Below, in pieces: positions 35,451 to 45,360 of a stretch of 64,000 nt of DNA. The DNA lies in NCBI GenBank assembly GCA_021852055.1, contig JAJZOD010000003.1, forward strand, positions 82,846 through 146,845. The letters are read 5' to 3'. The translations under genes were made by a program, and so were the position numbers. Numbering within the stretch: the first letter of the stretch is position 1; the number at the start of each line of letters is the position of its first letter. Origin of the DNA: Candidatus Micrarchaeota archaeon. GTDB taxonomy: Archaea > Micrarchaeota > Micrarchaeia > Micrarchaeales > CABMGC01. Under the pieces are notes generated by a model. It saw only the letters and a program-made list of their open reading frames with translations. It was not told where the DNA came from and searched no databases.

Positions 35451-36528
35451 GACAAATCGCCTTGATTATTCTAATACCAGCCTTTCCATCTCCAAAAGGC
35501 ATACCCCAGTCTGTATTCTTCCTTAACATTTTTGTTCCAAATTTATTTATTAGTTTTGGATTTGTTCCTACAAGTGCATTAGAGCCAACTTCGATAGTTT
35601 CTGGTCTTTCCGTATCGTCCCTCAAAGTTATGCATGGCACTTTGAGTATGCATGCTTCCTCCTGCAGACCACCTGAGTCAGTTAATATAAGACTTGCATT
35701 TGCTTCAAGTTGTAAGAATTCGATGTACCCTACTGGCTCTATGGTTTTTATGCATTCTGGCAACTTCAGCCTTAATCTACTGATCATCTTTAACGTCCTA
35801 GGATGTGCTGGAAACACTATTGGCATCTTAACATTTTTATGCAGAAGCGTAATGCCCTTCAGTATACTGCTAAGTCGTTTCTTGTTATCAACGTTCTCCT
35901 GTCTATGCATTGTCAGGAGCATGTAATTTTTTCTGACTAATTCTAGCTCTCTCAATGCAGACGCACGCCTTTTAGCGATTTTTATGTTATTAAGTACCGC
36001 ATCTACTACTGTGTTTCCTGTTACAAGGATCTTCTTAGGATCTATACCTTCTTTGATAAGTTGTCGCCTTGCATTCTTCGTAGGCGCAAATAGATAGTCG
36101 GATATGTGATCCACTAATATCCTATTGAGCTCCTCTGGCATATACCTATTAAAGCTCCTTATCCCTGCCTCTACGTGACCTATTCTTATGTGGAGCTTTC
36201 CGGCAGCCAGTGAAGCTGCGAGCACTGTATTCGTATCACCTTGCACCAAAACAACATCTGGTTTCTCCTTCATTAATACCTGTTCTATTTTTACTAACAT
36301 CCTGCCTGTCTGGTCTCCCTGAGTACCGGATCCTATCTTCAAGTTGTATTTTGGCTTTTTAAGCCCAAGTTCCTTGAAGAATATACCATCCATATTATAT
36401 GAATAATGTTGCCCTGTATGCAGCACGAAGTGGTTCAATCTCTGCTTAACTAACTCTTTTATTATAGGGCTCATTTTTACTATCTCTGGTCTTGTACCAA
36501 CAACTATGCAAACTTTCATACCATCCAT
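35440..36528 (-). CDS. wecB: UDP-N-acetylglucosamine 2-epimerase (non-hydrolysing)
   Basis: VGTRPEIVKMSPI...VQGDTNT...HVEAGIRSF...SDSGGLQEE. Confidence 0.9.
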   Translation of the reverse strand: MDGMKVCIVVGTRPEIVKMSPIIKELVKQRLNHFVLHTGQHYSYNMDGIFFKELGLKKPKYNLKIGSGTQGDQTGRMLVKIEQVLMKEKPDVVLVQGDTNTVLAASLAAGKLHIRIGHVEAGIRSFNRYMPEELNRILVDHISDYLFAPTKNARRQLIKEGIDPKKILVTGNTVVDAVLNNIKIAKRRASALRELELVRKNYMLLTMHRQENVDNKKRLSSILKGITLLHKNVKMPIVFPAHPRTLKMISRLRLKLPECIKTIEPVGYIEFLQLEANASLILTDSGGLQEEACILKVPCITLRDDTERPETIEVGSNALVGTNPKLINKFGTKMLRKNTDWGMPFGDGKAGIRIIKAICHDF

Positions 36529-37599
36529 CTACAATATTGATTTATATGCCTGTATGGTCTTCTTTGCTACAGAGTCCCATGTGAAGTTCTCAAGTATGTG
36601 ATTCTGAAGCTTGTCACTTCTTGGACGTTCATACGCAGCTACTATAGCCTTTCTTATGCTACTTATGCTGTAAGGATCAAGATAGTCTGCAAATTTGCCG
36701 AAGTATTCGTCTGTGCCACCTATTTTTGTTATTGCAATGTTCGCACCGGCAAGGCCTCCTTCAAGTGCCGAGAGACCCGGAGTCTCATAATAACTTGGCA
36801 AAACAACCACCTTTGCGGCCTTATAAGCGGACTTAAGCAATCGTGAAGCATGATCCATAGGTCCTATGAACTTGACCTTCTTATTCGAAATGGCCTTACA
36901 TGATTTGTAATATGCCTCTTCCGCCACAGAACCTACTATCACGAGTTCCGTGTCGAGTCCTGAAGTCTCAAACGCCTTTATCAGCTTTAACAGGTTCTTC
37001 CTCCGTTCGATTCTTCCAACAAACAGTATGAAGTTCTCAATACCAAACTTCCTCCTGAATAACTCCCTATTTCCATCTTTGAATTCATTATCTACCCCAT
37101 TCGGGACAACTGAAAATCTATTGTGCCTTATATCAAAAACGCTCTTTATAATTTTTCTCTCTTCATCGGTATTTGGGAGCACCATATCACTGGTCTCGAA
37201 CAGAAGTTTCAGATATGATGGTCCGTACATTGGTATGCTGTTACCTATTCTTATTGCCATCTTGTTTATCGGGTTTATCTTGAGCACATTCAATGCGCGT
37301 GTTTTGTATACTGGAAGCCAGAAAACCGAAGACACAACGACCTTTGTGTTCTTCTTCGCCTGTTCAGCCAGCGAGTAAGCATCCATGGGGAAAACAGACG
37401 GAGCAAATATATGCAAAATATCATATTTGGAAATATCCTTTACACGCTTATCCAAGAGTTTTACGTTTACTCCTAGTTTCTTCAAGCTCTCTATGGTTCT
37501 CTCAGCCTGTACATCGCCACCTCCAATCATATTAAAGGAGTATGATTTCGTAGCTACAAGAACATTCATAGATACACGCAATTCAAATTTGTTGTGCAA
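36529..37599 (-). CDS. Glycosyltransferase, GT4 family
   Basis: GT-B fold pattern, with C-terminal ...VVLPSYYETPGLSALEGGLAGANI. Confidence 0.75.
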   Translation of the reverse strand: MHNKFELRVSMNVLVATKSYSFNMIGGGDVQAERTIESLKKLGVNVKLLDKRVKDISKYDILHIFAPSVFPMDAYSLAEQAKKNTKVVVSSVFWLPVYKTRALNVLKINPINKMAIRIGNSIPMYGPSYLKLLFETSDMVLPNTDEERKIIKSVFDIRHNRFSVVPNGVDNEFKDGNRELFRRKFGIENFILFVGRIERRKNLLKLIKAFETSGLDTELVIVGSVAEEAYYKSCKAISNKKVKFIGPMDHASRLLKSAYKAAKVVVLPSYYETPGLSALEGGLAGANIAITKIGGTDEYFGKFADYLDPYSISSIRKAIVAAYERPRSDKLQNHILENFTWDSVAKKTIQAYKSIL

Positions 37600-37713
37600 G
37601 ATTATAATTTATACTCTTTCAACAGTTCCTTATAAATCCCTATCCTAAATATTGATAGCTGCAGATACCGAGCACCATAAGTTATTAGATTCTACTTTTC
37701 TAATACCTTTGAT

Positions 37714-38778
37714 ATGATGAGAGTTGCTTTTTTAGGGCTTAAAGGAGAGTTTGATCCGGAACAAAATGGAATATCGCATCGATACACCAGAGAACTTTAC
37801 TCAAGCGTATCAAAAGCAAAATTCAAGAACAAAGATGTGCAAATAGACGCTGTGGAAATACCACTAAACCCAATTCTAGGGGCAGGTTTATCGTTTTTTG
37901 CAAATACTCTTATCAAAAACTTTGAAGGATACGACATTATACACAATATAAACTTCAAGCCTTGCATTCCTATTCTAAAAAGGAAAGCGGTATTTCTAAC
38001 AACCGCCCTTGATTTTCAACCTCTGCTTTACCCAGATCTAAAGCGGAAATTTAGTGTGAATCTTAAGACCTGGCTTTGGATGCGATTGGTAGTCGAGTTC
38101 GGTCTTAAAATGGCACTAAAATCAGACTACATGATAACGATATCAACGCAAACAAAGGAAGAAGCAATAATCTTGGGATATGACAAGAATAAAATTTTTG
38201 TTGTAAATATCGGGATAAGTCCAAAGTTTATAAGGACTCCAATAAAAAGTAACAAAAATAAGAAGTTTCTTGTGGGATATATCGGTAGCTTTGCACCACA
38301 CAAGAACACGATAATGTCTATAGCTGCATTTAAAAAAATACCTGACAAAGATATGCGCTTTGAAATTTGGGGGCATTCAAAATACTGGTATGAAACACTT
38401 AAAAAAAGCGCAAGCGATGATAAACGTATAGTATTCAAGGGCTTCGCTCCAGAAAAAGATATAGTTAGCATATACGACTCGTTCGATGTTTATATTCATC
38501 CTGTTCTACACTGTGGGTTTGAAATGGAGATTCTAGAAGCGCAGGCACGTGGACTTCCGGTCGTGATATACAAAAAAGGAAAAGTCCCAAAGGAAGTGCG
38601 AAAATATTGTCTAGAAGCAGAAGATGTTGATCAAATGGCCAAGATTCTTATAGATTTGAAGGAAAATGGTTACAGCGAGAAGCTAAGAAAAGAAGCCATG
38701 TTATATGCAAGAAGCTTTACCTGGGAAAAATGTGCGAATGAGACAATAAACGTTTATAGAAAGATAATAAATCATTAA
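37714..38778 (+). CDS. Glycosyltransferase, GT4 family
   Basis: C-terminal ...YIHPVLHCGFEMEILEAQARGLPVV (E-x7-E). Confidence 0.7.
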   Translation: MMRVAFLGLKGEFDPEQNGISHRYTRELYSSVSKAKFKNKDVQIDAVEIPLNPILGAGLSFFANTLIKNFEGYDIIHNINFKPCIPILKRKAVFLTTALDFQPLLYPDLKRKFSVNLKTWLWMRLVVEFGLKMALKSDYMITISTQTKEEAIILGYDKNKIFVVNIGISPKFIRTPIKSNKNKKFLVGYIGSFAPHKNTIMSIAAFKKIPDKDMRFEIWGHSKYWYETLKKSASDDKRIVFKGFAPEKDIVSIYDSFDVYIHPVLHCGFEMEILEAQARGLPVVIYKKGKVPKEVRKYCLEAEDVDQMAKILIDLKENGYSEKLRKEAMLYARSFTWEKCANETINVYRKIINH

Positions 38779-38811
38779 AGCAATATATACATTGCTTATG
38801 TCAGTGGTTAA

Positions 38812-39993
38812 ATGGAGAGAATATATATCGGGGTCGGAGATCTGCAACTCACAAGAGAGGATAAGGATGCAGTGAACAAAGTACTAGATAGTAATAGACT
38901 ATCATACGGGCCTGTATCAAAAGAGTTTGAAAGAGAATTTGCCAAATTTCACGACTCTAAATTTGCGATATTTACTAATAGTGGGACTAGTTCGTTGCAT
39001 ATCGCACTTGCAGCACTGAAAGAGAAATACAATTGGGAATCCGGCGATGAAGTCATAGTTCCTGCAGTAACGTTCATCGCTACCTCTAATGTAGTTCTTC
39101 ACAACAACATGATGCCTGTATTTGTTGATGTTGAAGAAAATACATTTAATATAGATCCTCAGAAGATTGAAGAAGCCATAACTTCTAAAACAAGAGCAAT
39201 AATTCCAGTACATCTTTTGGGACTTCCCGCAGATATGGATCCTATATTAAAAATAGCCAAAAAGTACAATCTTCATGTAATAGAAGATTCCGCAGAGACA
39301 ATGTTTGCTAAGTATAAAGGAAAAACAGTTGGTTCTTTCGGAGATATAGGCTGTTTTTCCACTTATATCGCGCACTACATAGTTACTGGCGTGGGCGGAC
39401 TTAATACGACTTCAGATCCCCAGATCGCAACAATGTTACGAAGTCTAATGAATCACGGAAGGGACTCAATATACATAAGTATAGATGATGATAATATTGA
39501 TGACGAGGAAAAATTCAAGGAGGTAATAAGCAAGAGATTCAAGTTTGTTACTTTAGGGCATAGTTTTAGATCTACGGAGATTGAAGCAGCTCTTGGCCTT
39601 TCCCAACTAAAAAGAAAAGACCAGATAATAACTAGGAGGAAGTATGTCGCCGCAAGATATCTCAAAGGCCTCGAAGATCTATCTGAGCATCTTCAATTCC
39701 AGCAAACGCCTCTGGACAGAGAGAATGTTTATATGCTCTTCGGGATAGTGCTAAAAGATGGTGATAAGACTGAACTCATTAACTATCTTGAAGAAAATAA
39801 TATTGAGACAAGAGATCTCCTGCCGCTGTTGAACCAACCAGTCTACAAACGGATCTTTGGTGACAAAGAGAACGATTATCCAGTCGCTAAGAAACTAAAT
39901 AGAAGCGGATTTTATATCGGATGTCATCAATATTTGAGCGATGAAGACATAGACTACGTAATCAATAAGTTCCATCAGTTCTTCAAAAGGTAA
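38812..39993 (+). CDS. DegT/DnrJ/EryC1/StrS-fold PLP/PMP enzyme with His in place of the Schiff-base Lys (ColD/E1-like sugar 3-dehydratase candidate)
   Basis: GDEVIVPAVTFIATSN, IIPVHLLG and EDSAETMFA motifs. The canonical FSF...K..T.GEGG reads FSTYIAHYIVTGVGG here. Confidence 0.7.
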   Translation: MERIYIGVGDLQLTREDKDAVNKVLDSNRLSYGPVSKEFEREFAKFHDSKFAIFTNSGTSSLHIALAALKEKYNWESGDEVIVPAVTFIATSNVVLHNNMMPVFVDVEENTFNIDPQKIEEAITSKTRAIIPVHLLGLPADMDPILKIAKKYNLHVIEDSAETMFAKYKGKTVGSFGDIGCFSTYIAHYIVTGVGGLNTTSDPQIATMLRSLMNHGRDSIYISIDDDNIDDEEKFKEVISKRFKFVTLGHSFRSTEIEAALGLSQLKRKDQIITRRKYVAARYLKGLEDLSEHLQFQQTPLDRENVYMLFGIVLKDGDKTELINYLEENNIETRDLLPLLNQPVYKRIFGDKENDYPVAKKLNRSGFYIGCHQYLSDEDIDYVINKFHQFFKR

Positions 39994-39997
39994 GCGT

Positions 39998-41299
39998 ATG
40001 CAACCAAAAAGAGAACTTGCGGTTATATGGTTCGGTCCTATATACGGGACCGGAGGCTACAGTTCAGTTTCAAGGGCCTATATAATGGGTTTGATTAAGG
40101 CAGGCGTAAAAATAAAAGTCTTGAACTACGGAGACAACGAAAAGGACAAACTGAGCACTAAAGTCCGGAAAACTCTTGAGAGCCACGAGGGCACTGTGAT
40201 AAGAAACTACGATAAAAAGATTCTAGTCCTTCATCAGACCCCAGATAACGCATCGGGAATAACCTTTAGCGGGATTGATTATACGATATGTTTGACTATA
40301 TTCGAAACAGACAAGATTCCTAAAAACTGGGTAGGCATATGTAACAGCAAACGGATTAACGAGGTATGGGTCCCAACTAAATTTAATATAGAAACCTTCT
40401 CAGAATCAGGTGTAAAGAAAGAAAAACTTAGGATTCTACATTATGGATTAGATGCAAGCAAGTACAAGCCAAAGTCATTATCACAGAATAAAGTCTTTCG
40501 CATACTTTACATAGCAGATTTGACTGAAAGGAAAAACATACCGCTGCTGATAAAAGCATTTAACGAGGAGTTTTGCGGCAAAGAAAATATCGAGCTTTTT
40601 TTGCATATAACTAGCAACAATGTCTTGGCTATTGAAGAATTTGTCAAGATCAATGCGGAACAAATAGAAAGCAGCCACATAACACTAAGCACACAAAAAT
40701 TATCCGAGAAAAAGATACACGAACTAATAAAGTCAGCAGACCTTTACATTTCTGTAGATCGGGCGAACGGTTGGGGGATGCCTTGCATGGAAGCGATGGC
40801 TATGGGGGGCTTAGCCGCTACAGTGAATTGGAGTGGATCTACAGAGTTTATGGATAAAACAAATAGCCTCCTGCTAAATCCAAATAGACTTGAAAGAGCA
40901 AGTCCTGAATCAACGCTCACAAGCCCTTTATACATAGGACACAAGTGGGCGCATGTTGAAATTGGCGAAATTAGGAGAGTCTTAAGATATGCGCATGCTA
41001 ATTATAATAAAACCAAGGATATCAGAAAGAAAGCATTAAACGACATAAAAACGAGGTTTAGCTCAGATATTGTAACAAAAGAGATGATACGCGCACTGAA
41101 CTCTGTAGATGTCTCCAATAAAGCTGGATGTGATATGGTGTTAAAACCCTATTCTAAAAACAAAATAGGCTTAAACGCTGTAAGAAATAACTTCAGATTC
41201 AACCTAAATTACTTATTAGAGTATCATTCAGCTAGATTCTTTCTTAGGACGATAAATTCTATAAAAACGAAAGCAATCAAAATACTGAGCCCCAAATAA
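39998..41299 (+). CDS. Glycosyltransferase, GT4-like
   Basis: GT-B pattern with ...YISVDRANGWGMPCMEAMAMGGLAA. Confidence 0.6.
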   Translation: MQPKRELAVIWFGPIYGTGGYSSVSRAYIMGLIKAGVKIKVLNYGDNEKDKLSTKVRKTLESHEGTVIRNYDKKILVLHQTPDNASGITFSGIDYTICLTIFETDKIPKNWVGICNSKRINEVWVPTKFNIETFSESGVKKEKLRILHYGLDASKYKPKSLSQNKVFRILYIADLTERKNIPLLIKAFNEEFCGKENIELFLHITSNNVLAIEEFVKINAEQIESSHITLSTQKLSEKKIHELIKSADLYISVDRANGWGMPCMEAMAMGGLAATVNWSGSTEFMDKTNSLLLNPNRLERASPESTLTSPLYIGHKWAHVEIGEIRRVLRYAHANYNKTKDIRKKALNDIKTRFSSDIVTKEMIRALNSVDVSNKAGCDMVLKPYSKNKIGLNAVRNNFRFNLNYLLEYHSARFFLRTINSIKTKAIKILSPK

Positions 41300-41340
41300 C
41301 TAAAAAAGGCAGTGCCTTCTTCCCTCTGTGCCTACGTTAC

Positions 41341-42258
41341 TTATTTGGGAAGGTGCTGTGATTCAGTTTCGAGTGTAAACCCTTCATTCCCAGCGCACAA
41401 TACTCTGGGCTTTTTGTCCCTTAGGATTACGAAGCCGCTGCATACCTGCATGGGCTTTCCCAGCCTTATTTTGTAGTCGTTGCCGTTCTTCGATATCTTA
41501 CACGGAGCCACTCCGAACCCGGACACCATGGTATACTGTGTGTCTTCAGAGAACTCTCCCCCCAATGGATTGAATGAAAGCTTCGCTGTAAGCTCTTCAA
41601 CCATGCCGATGCGCTCCTTCGCGAGCACCTCGCCCTTCTCAACTTCTTTTTCGTCAATGCCCTTCACAGCCAGGCCAACCCTTGCGCCTGCAGTAGCGCT
41701 GTCGCAGTCCTCATCCTGCACCTGTATCGAGCGCACCTGCAGCCTCTTCCCGTGCTGTGTGACAAGCTCGTCATGTTTCTTAATCACGCCGCTCAAGGCT
41801 ATTCCCAGCAGTACAGTCCCAACCCCTTTAACCGGAAATGACTTGTCTACATCTATTACTGGATCTCCGGAAGCGCTCTTCGCCTGCGCAATTGTATCAA
41901 GCTTCTGGAGGATATCCTCCTTTTCTACAAGCTCATAATCAAGGCCTAGTTTGCCTACGATGCCTGACACGTCATTTTCTTTTGTAATAAGAACTCTCTT
42001 CTTCAGCAGTGAAGCTGCGATTACCGCCTCGCCGAATGTTGAATCAAGATTTTTAGTGCTTATCACTGCGACATCGCATACTGTGAGTATCTCTCCTATG
42101 GCGTAGAACTTCTCCTCCAGATTTGAGGGCGCGAGTATGGTTAGCACAGTCTCGCCTTCGCGCCTATTGTAAAAAGTTATGCCGTTCACGCTGCCTTTTT
42201 TCCCAAGCCATGATGCGAGCTCAGGATCATTAGGCACAGCGGCAACCAAGTATCTCAT
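41341..42258 (-). CDS. EF-Tu/SelB-like protein with a degenerate G domain (keeps the beta-barrel domain 2)
   Basis: The domain-2-like segment is FPVKGVGTVLLGIALSGVIKKHDEL...GKRLQVRSIQVQDEDCDSATAGARVGLAVKGI. The N-terminus lacks GxxxxGK[ST], DxxG and NKxD. Confidence 0.55.
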   Translation of the reverse strand: MRYLVAAVPNDPELASWLGKKGSVNGITFYNRREGETVLTILAPSNLEEKFYAIGEILTVCDVAVISTKNLDSTFGEAVIAASLLKKRVLITKENDVSGIVGKLGLDYELVEKEDILQKLDTIAQAKSASGDPVIDVDKSFPVKGVGTVLLGIALSGVIKKHDELVTQHGKRLQVRSIQVQDEDCDSATAGARVGLAVKGIDEKEVEKGEVLAKERIGMVEELTAKLSFNPLGGEFSEDTQYTMVSGFGVAPCKISKNGNDYKIRLGKPMQVCSGFVILRDKKPRVLCAGNEGFTLETESQHLPK

Positions 42259-42318
42259 ATACTGCTTATTTATGCAAAGAAGGTTTATAATTCCACTGCA
42301 GCGCGCCTATGCTCTGCC

Positions 42319-43515
42319 TCAGAATGTCCTGTATTTACCAAGCGCTATATTGTTTGTAAACTCTCCTATATTGTCTAGAAATCCATCTGCAATGTACGCA
42401 GCTTTAGGTCTGAGCGCTTCAAACTCCTTCTTGCCTGCTACTATGTTGATATTAAGGTTGTGCGGCTCGCTTATAGGCTTGCCTATCTGCGACAATATTG
42501 CAATATCGCACTCCTTAATGCCAGGATACTCTGATGTAATCTGCTTTGCGAGCTCTGTTGCAAGTATGTTGTATATCTTTCCTATGTGGCTTACTGGATT
42601 CTTTCCTGCAGCAGCCTCAAGGCTCATGTGCCTGAACGGGGTTATGAGGCCATTCACCCTGTTTCCTCTGCCAACGGAGCCATCATCGCCTGCCTCGCAG
42701 CTAAGCCCTGTTTTGGTTATATACACTTCCCCACCCTCTTCCGGATCTCCAGTATTAATGTGCACCTTCACTATTTTGTTGGTTGACTTGCGCGCATTTT
42801 TTATTATATCCTGCGCTATCTTCGCCTTGTATGCTTTGTACTCTTCCAGATCCTTCACATTCTTCGCTACAAAGGCTATCGCAACAGTAAGCGTTATTGC
42901 GTCATTCTCACGCATGCCCATTACCTTTATGTCCTCGCCTACTGCAGGAACCTTTTTTTTGTATTCTTTCGAGTTCAGGTAGTTCTCTGTTGCAAGAACC
43001 AGCCTTTCTGTATCAGTAAACGGCGCAAATCCTATGCCGAATGATGTGTCGTTTGCCAGCGGCACCTTGCTGCCCCTGCTGAAAATGTGCCCAAGATCTG
43101 CGCTACCTTCAGCTACCTTGGGCCGTATCAACACTTCGTCATCGACTTCCAGGAACCTCGTATTCTCTTTAAGGTACTTCCTGGCAGTCTCCTCTGCAAT
43201 GCCGTTCACGTCAATCTCGCGGCCGTTTGTGCCCCTGGATGCCCTGCCGGTTACTATAACTTCTATCCTTTTTGTTATGATCCCGTGTCCGAAACCCACC
43301 CTTGATGCACCGCCTATTATGAGACCCTTGTCAACATTATGGTGCAGTATTGACCCAAACTCTTCAATATACCTTTTTGATAGTGAAACACTTGTTGCAT
43401 CAACAATTCCATCTATAAGGCTGTCAGGATGCCCAAGCCCCTTCCTCTCTACATATTCGGTGCCCTGTTCGCTAACCGGAACCACATCAAGCCTGCCTAC
43501 TGATATATTCGACAT
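42319..43515 (-). CDS. mat: Archaeal-type S-adenosylmethionine synthetase
   Basis: ERKGLGHPDSLIDGI, and the ~400-aa length of archaeal MAT. Confidence 0.9.
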   Translation of the reverse strand: MSNISVGRLDVVPVSEQGTEYVERKGLGHPDSLIDGIVDATSVSLSKRYIEEFGSILHHNVDKGLIIGGASRVGFGHGIITKRIEVIVTGRASRGTNGREIDVNGIAEETARKYLKENTRFLEVDDEVLIRPKVAEGSADLGHIFSRGSKVPLANDTSFGIGFAPFTDTERLVLATENYLNSKEYKKKVPAVGEDIKVMGMRENDAITLTVAIAFVAKNVKDLEEYKAYKAKIAQDIIKNARKSTNKIVKVHINTGDPEEGGEVYITKTGLSCEAGDDGSVGRGNRVNGLITPFRHMSLEAAAGKNPVSHIGKIYNILATELAKQITSEYPGIKECDIAILSQIGKPISEPHNLNINIVAGKKEFEALRPKAAYIADGFLDNIGEFTNNIALGKYRTF

Positions 43516-43648
43516 GTTTATACCCGCTTTTTCTTAAGTTGCGTTAAGGTCTGTTTTGAACAGGAAGCTATATAAATACTTTTATCTTATAATAAATACA
43601 TTAATAAAAATTACTATTGGTAATATATAAAATCAATAATGTGGCATT

Positions 43649-44245
43649 ATGCATACTCAGATTGAAAGCCTGGAGTCTGTTTCCTCTGCTATACGCACCG
43701 GCCGGAAAGCAGCGGGGCTGAGCCAGGGCGAGCTTGCAAAGAGATGCGGCCTTAGCCAAAGCATGATATCAAGGCTGGAAGGCGATATCAAAAAACTCAA
43801 TCCAAGCTATGCCGTAGTATATGGTGTATTTTGCAGATTGTCAGATGCAATTGCGTCCTCGGACAAGCAGAGCATGCTGATGAAAACCGCAGCAGAGGTA
43901 ATGCACCGCAACGTAGTAGTTCTAGATGTCCACGACAGCATAGACAAAGCTATACGCATAATAAAAAACCATGACTTCGCTTATATACCTGTAGTTGACG
44001 GCACCGGTGCAGTTGTCGGGACAGTGTACCAAAAAGACTTGCTTGACATAGCAACCCAAAAAACAGGCACGGTTTCAAAGATAGAGGTAAACAGCATAAT
44101 TGCGCCGCCGCTGCCGCAGATAGACGGTAATACACGCGTGGCATCCATCAAGCCGCTTCTTGAGGCTTTCGGCTCTGTGCTGGTCATGCGCCGTGGCAGG
44201 CTCATAGGCATAATAACTGCATATGATGTGCTGCAGCTTTTCTAA
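43649..44245 (+). CDS. XRE-type HTH + CBS-pair regulator
   Basis: LSQGELAKRCGLSQSMISRLE (HTH), followed by two CBS motifs. Confidence 0.75.
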   Translation: MHTQIESLESVSSAIRTGRKAAGLSQGELAKRCGLSQSMISRLEGDIKKLNPSYAVVYGVFCRLSDAIASSDKQSMLMKTAAEVMHRNVVVLDVHDSIDKAIRIIKNHDFAYIPVVDGTGAVVGTVYQKDLLDIATQKTGTVSKIEVNSIIAPPLPQIDGNTRVASIKPLLEAFGSVLVMRRGRLIGIITAYDVLQLF

Positions 44246-44287
44246 ATGCACTAATGTGTGGAAGCTAAGGCATCAAAAGTAGCGCTT

Positions 44288-45331
44288 TCAAAGTTTAAAT
44301 GCGGCAGCCACAAGTATAGGGAATATTATGGATGCCTCGCCCCATACCTTTACGTCAGTTTTGCCTGCTGATGCCTTGCCCCAGCTTTTGGCTTCCTCGG
44401 TATTTGCACCTGCATTGCTGCCCTCCTCTTCATGCCCTGTATTTATGTAAACAGTGTAATCTGCGCCTTCCCTAAGCATCATCGCATTCATTATATGGTG
44501 CTTCGGGACACTGCCTCCAAGTATTATGGCTCCTGTCTTTTCGGCATTTAGGACGGCATCATAAATAACCTCCACCTCCCTGCACAGGTCTATGTCAAAT
44601 TCCCTGTGCTTCTTTCTGAAGAAGTAAATATGGTCGCCTATGGCGCCATCGGCAAGTGGCACGCACAGGAGCGGTATCTTATTTTTATAAGCCCAGTATG
44701 TAAAGCTCTGCTCCTTGTTATCCACGTTCTCCATAGCCCTGCCTATCTCCTCTACAAATTCAATGCTGTTGCATGCTCTGCCTGTTGTTTTCTGCCTTGC
44801 ATACGCAGCCTCAAGAGGAGTTTCCATGAACTTCTCAAACCAGATGTACCTCTCATTGGGTACGAATATGTTCCCGCTCCTGTTTACTCCCTTTTCCCTT
44901 AAAAAAGCTCCATCTGCATCAAATGATCCGTGCAGGAAACTGCCGTGGGTCTTTATAATATCTTCTTCAAGGCCTCCAGTAGTTGTTACAAGGAAGTGCA
45001 CAAGCCTGTTCTTTACCAGATACGTAATTACGTCGCGCAGGCCGCTGGTTGTTATGTTTGACGTAAACCCTAAGAAGATCATTGCATTGTTCCTGCGCAT
45101 CTCCTTTACAAGGTCTATCGCCACGGCAAGGTTTGTTGCCTGGAAACCTGTGCCTTTATATGCTGCAAAAAACTCCCTGATGTCGAATTCCCCCTCGAAA
45201 TCGTAACCCTGTACCTTCCCTGAGCCAAGCTCAACGCTCTTCTTGAACAGCGATTTCTTGGGATCTATCTCTTTAATATAACCACTAATTGAAGACGCTG
45301 GCATAGCAGCGTGCAGCTCTCGTTCATACAT
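44288..45331 (-). CDS. dhys: Deoxyhypusine synthase
   Basis: 347 aa with FLGFTSN..TSGLRD, GGLEEDIIK and ILGGSVPKHH patterns. Confidence 0.85.
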   Translation of the reverse strand: MYERELHAAMPASSISGYIKEIDPKKSLFKKSVELGSGKVQGYDFEGEFDIREFFAAYKGTGFQATNLAVAIDLVKEMRRNNAMIFLGFTSNITTSGLRDVITYLVKNRLVHFLVTTTGGLEEDIIKTHGSFLHGSFDADGAFLREKGVNRSGNIFVPNERYIWFEKFMETPLEAAYARQKTTGRACNSIEFVEEIGRAMENVDNKEQSFTYWAYKNKIPLLCVPLADGAIGDHIYFFRKKHREFDIDLCREVEVIYDAVLNAEKTGAIILGGSVPKHHIMNAMMLREGADYTVYINTGHEEEGSNAGANTEEAKSWGKASAGKTDVKVWGEASIIFPILVAAAFKL

Positions 45332-45360
45332 CAGCTTTACAGATATAAAAAGTATGCTGT

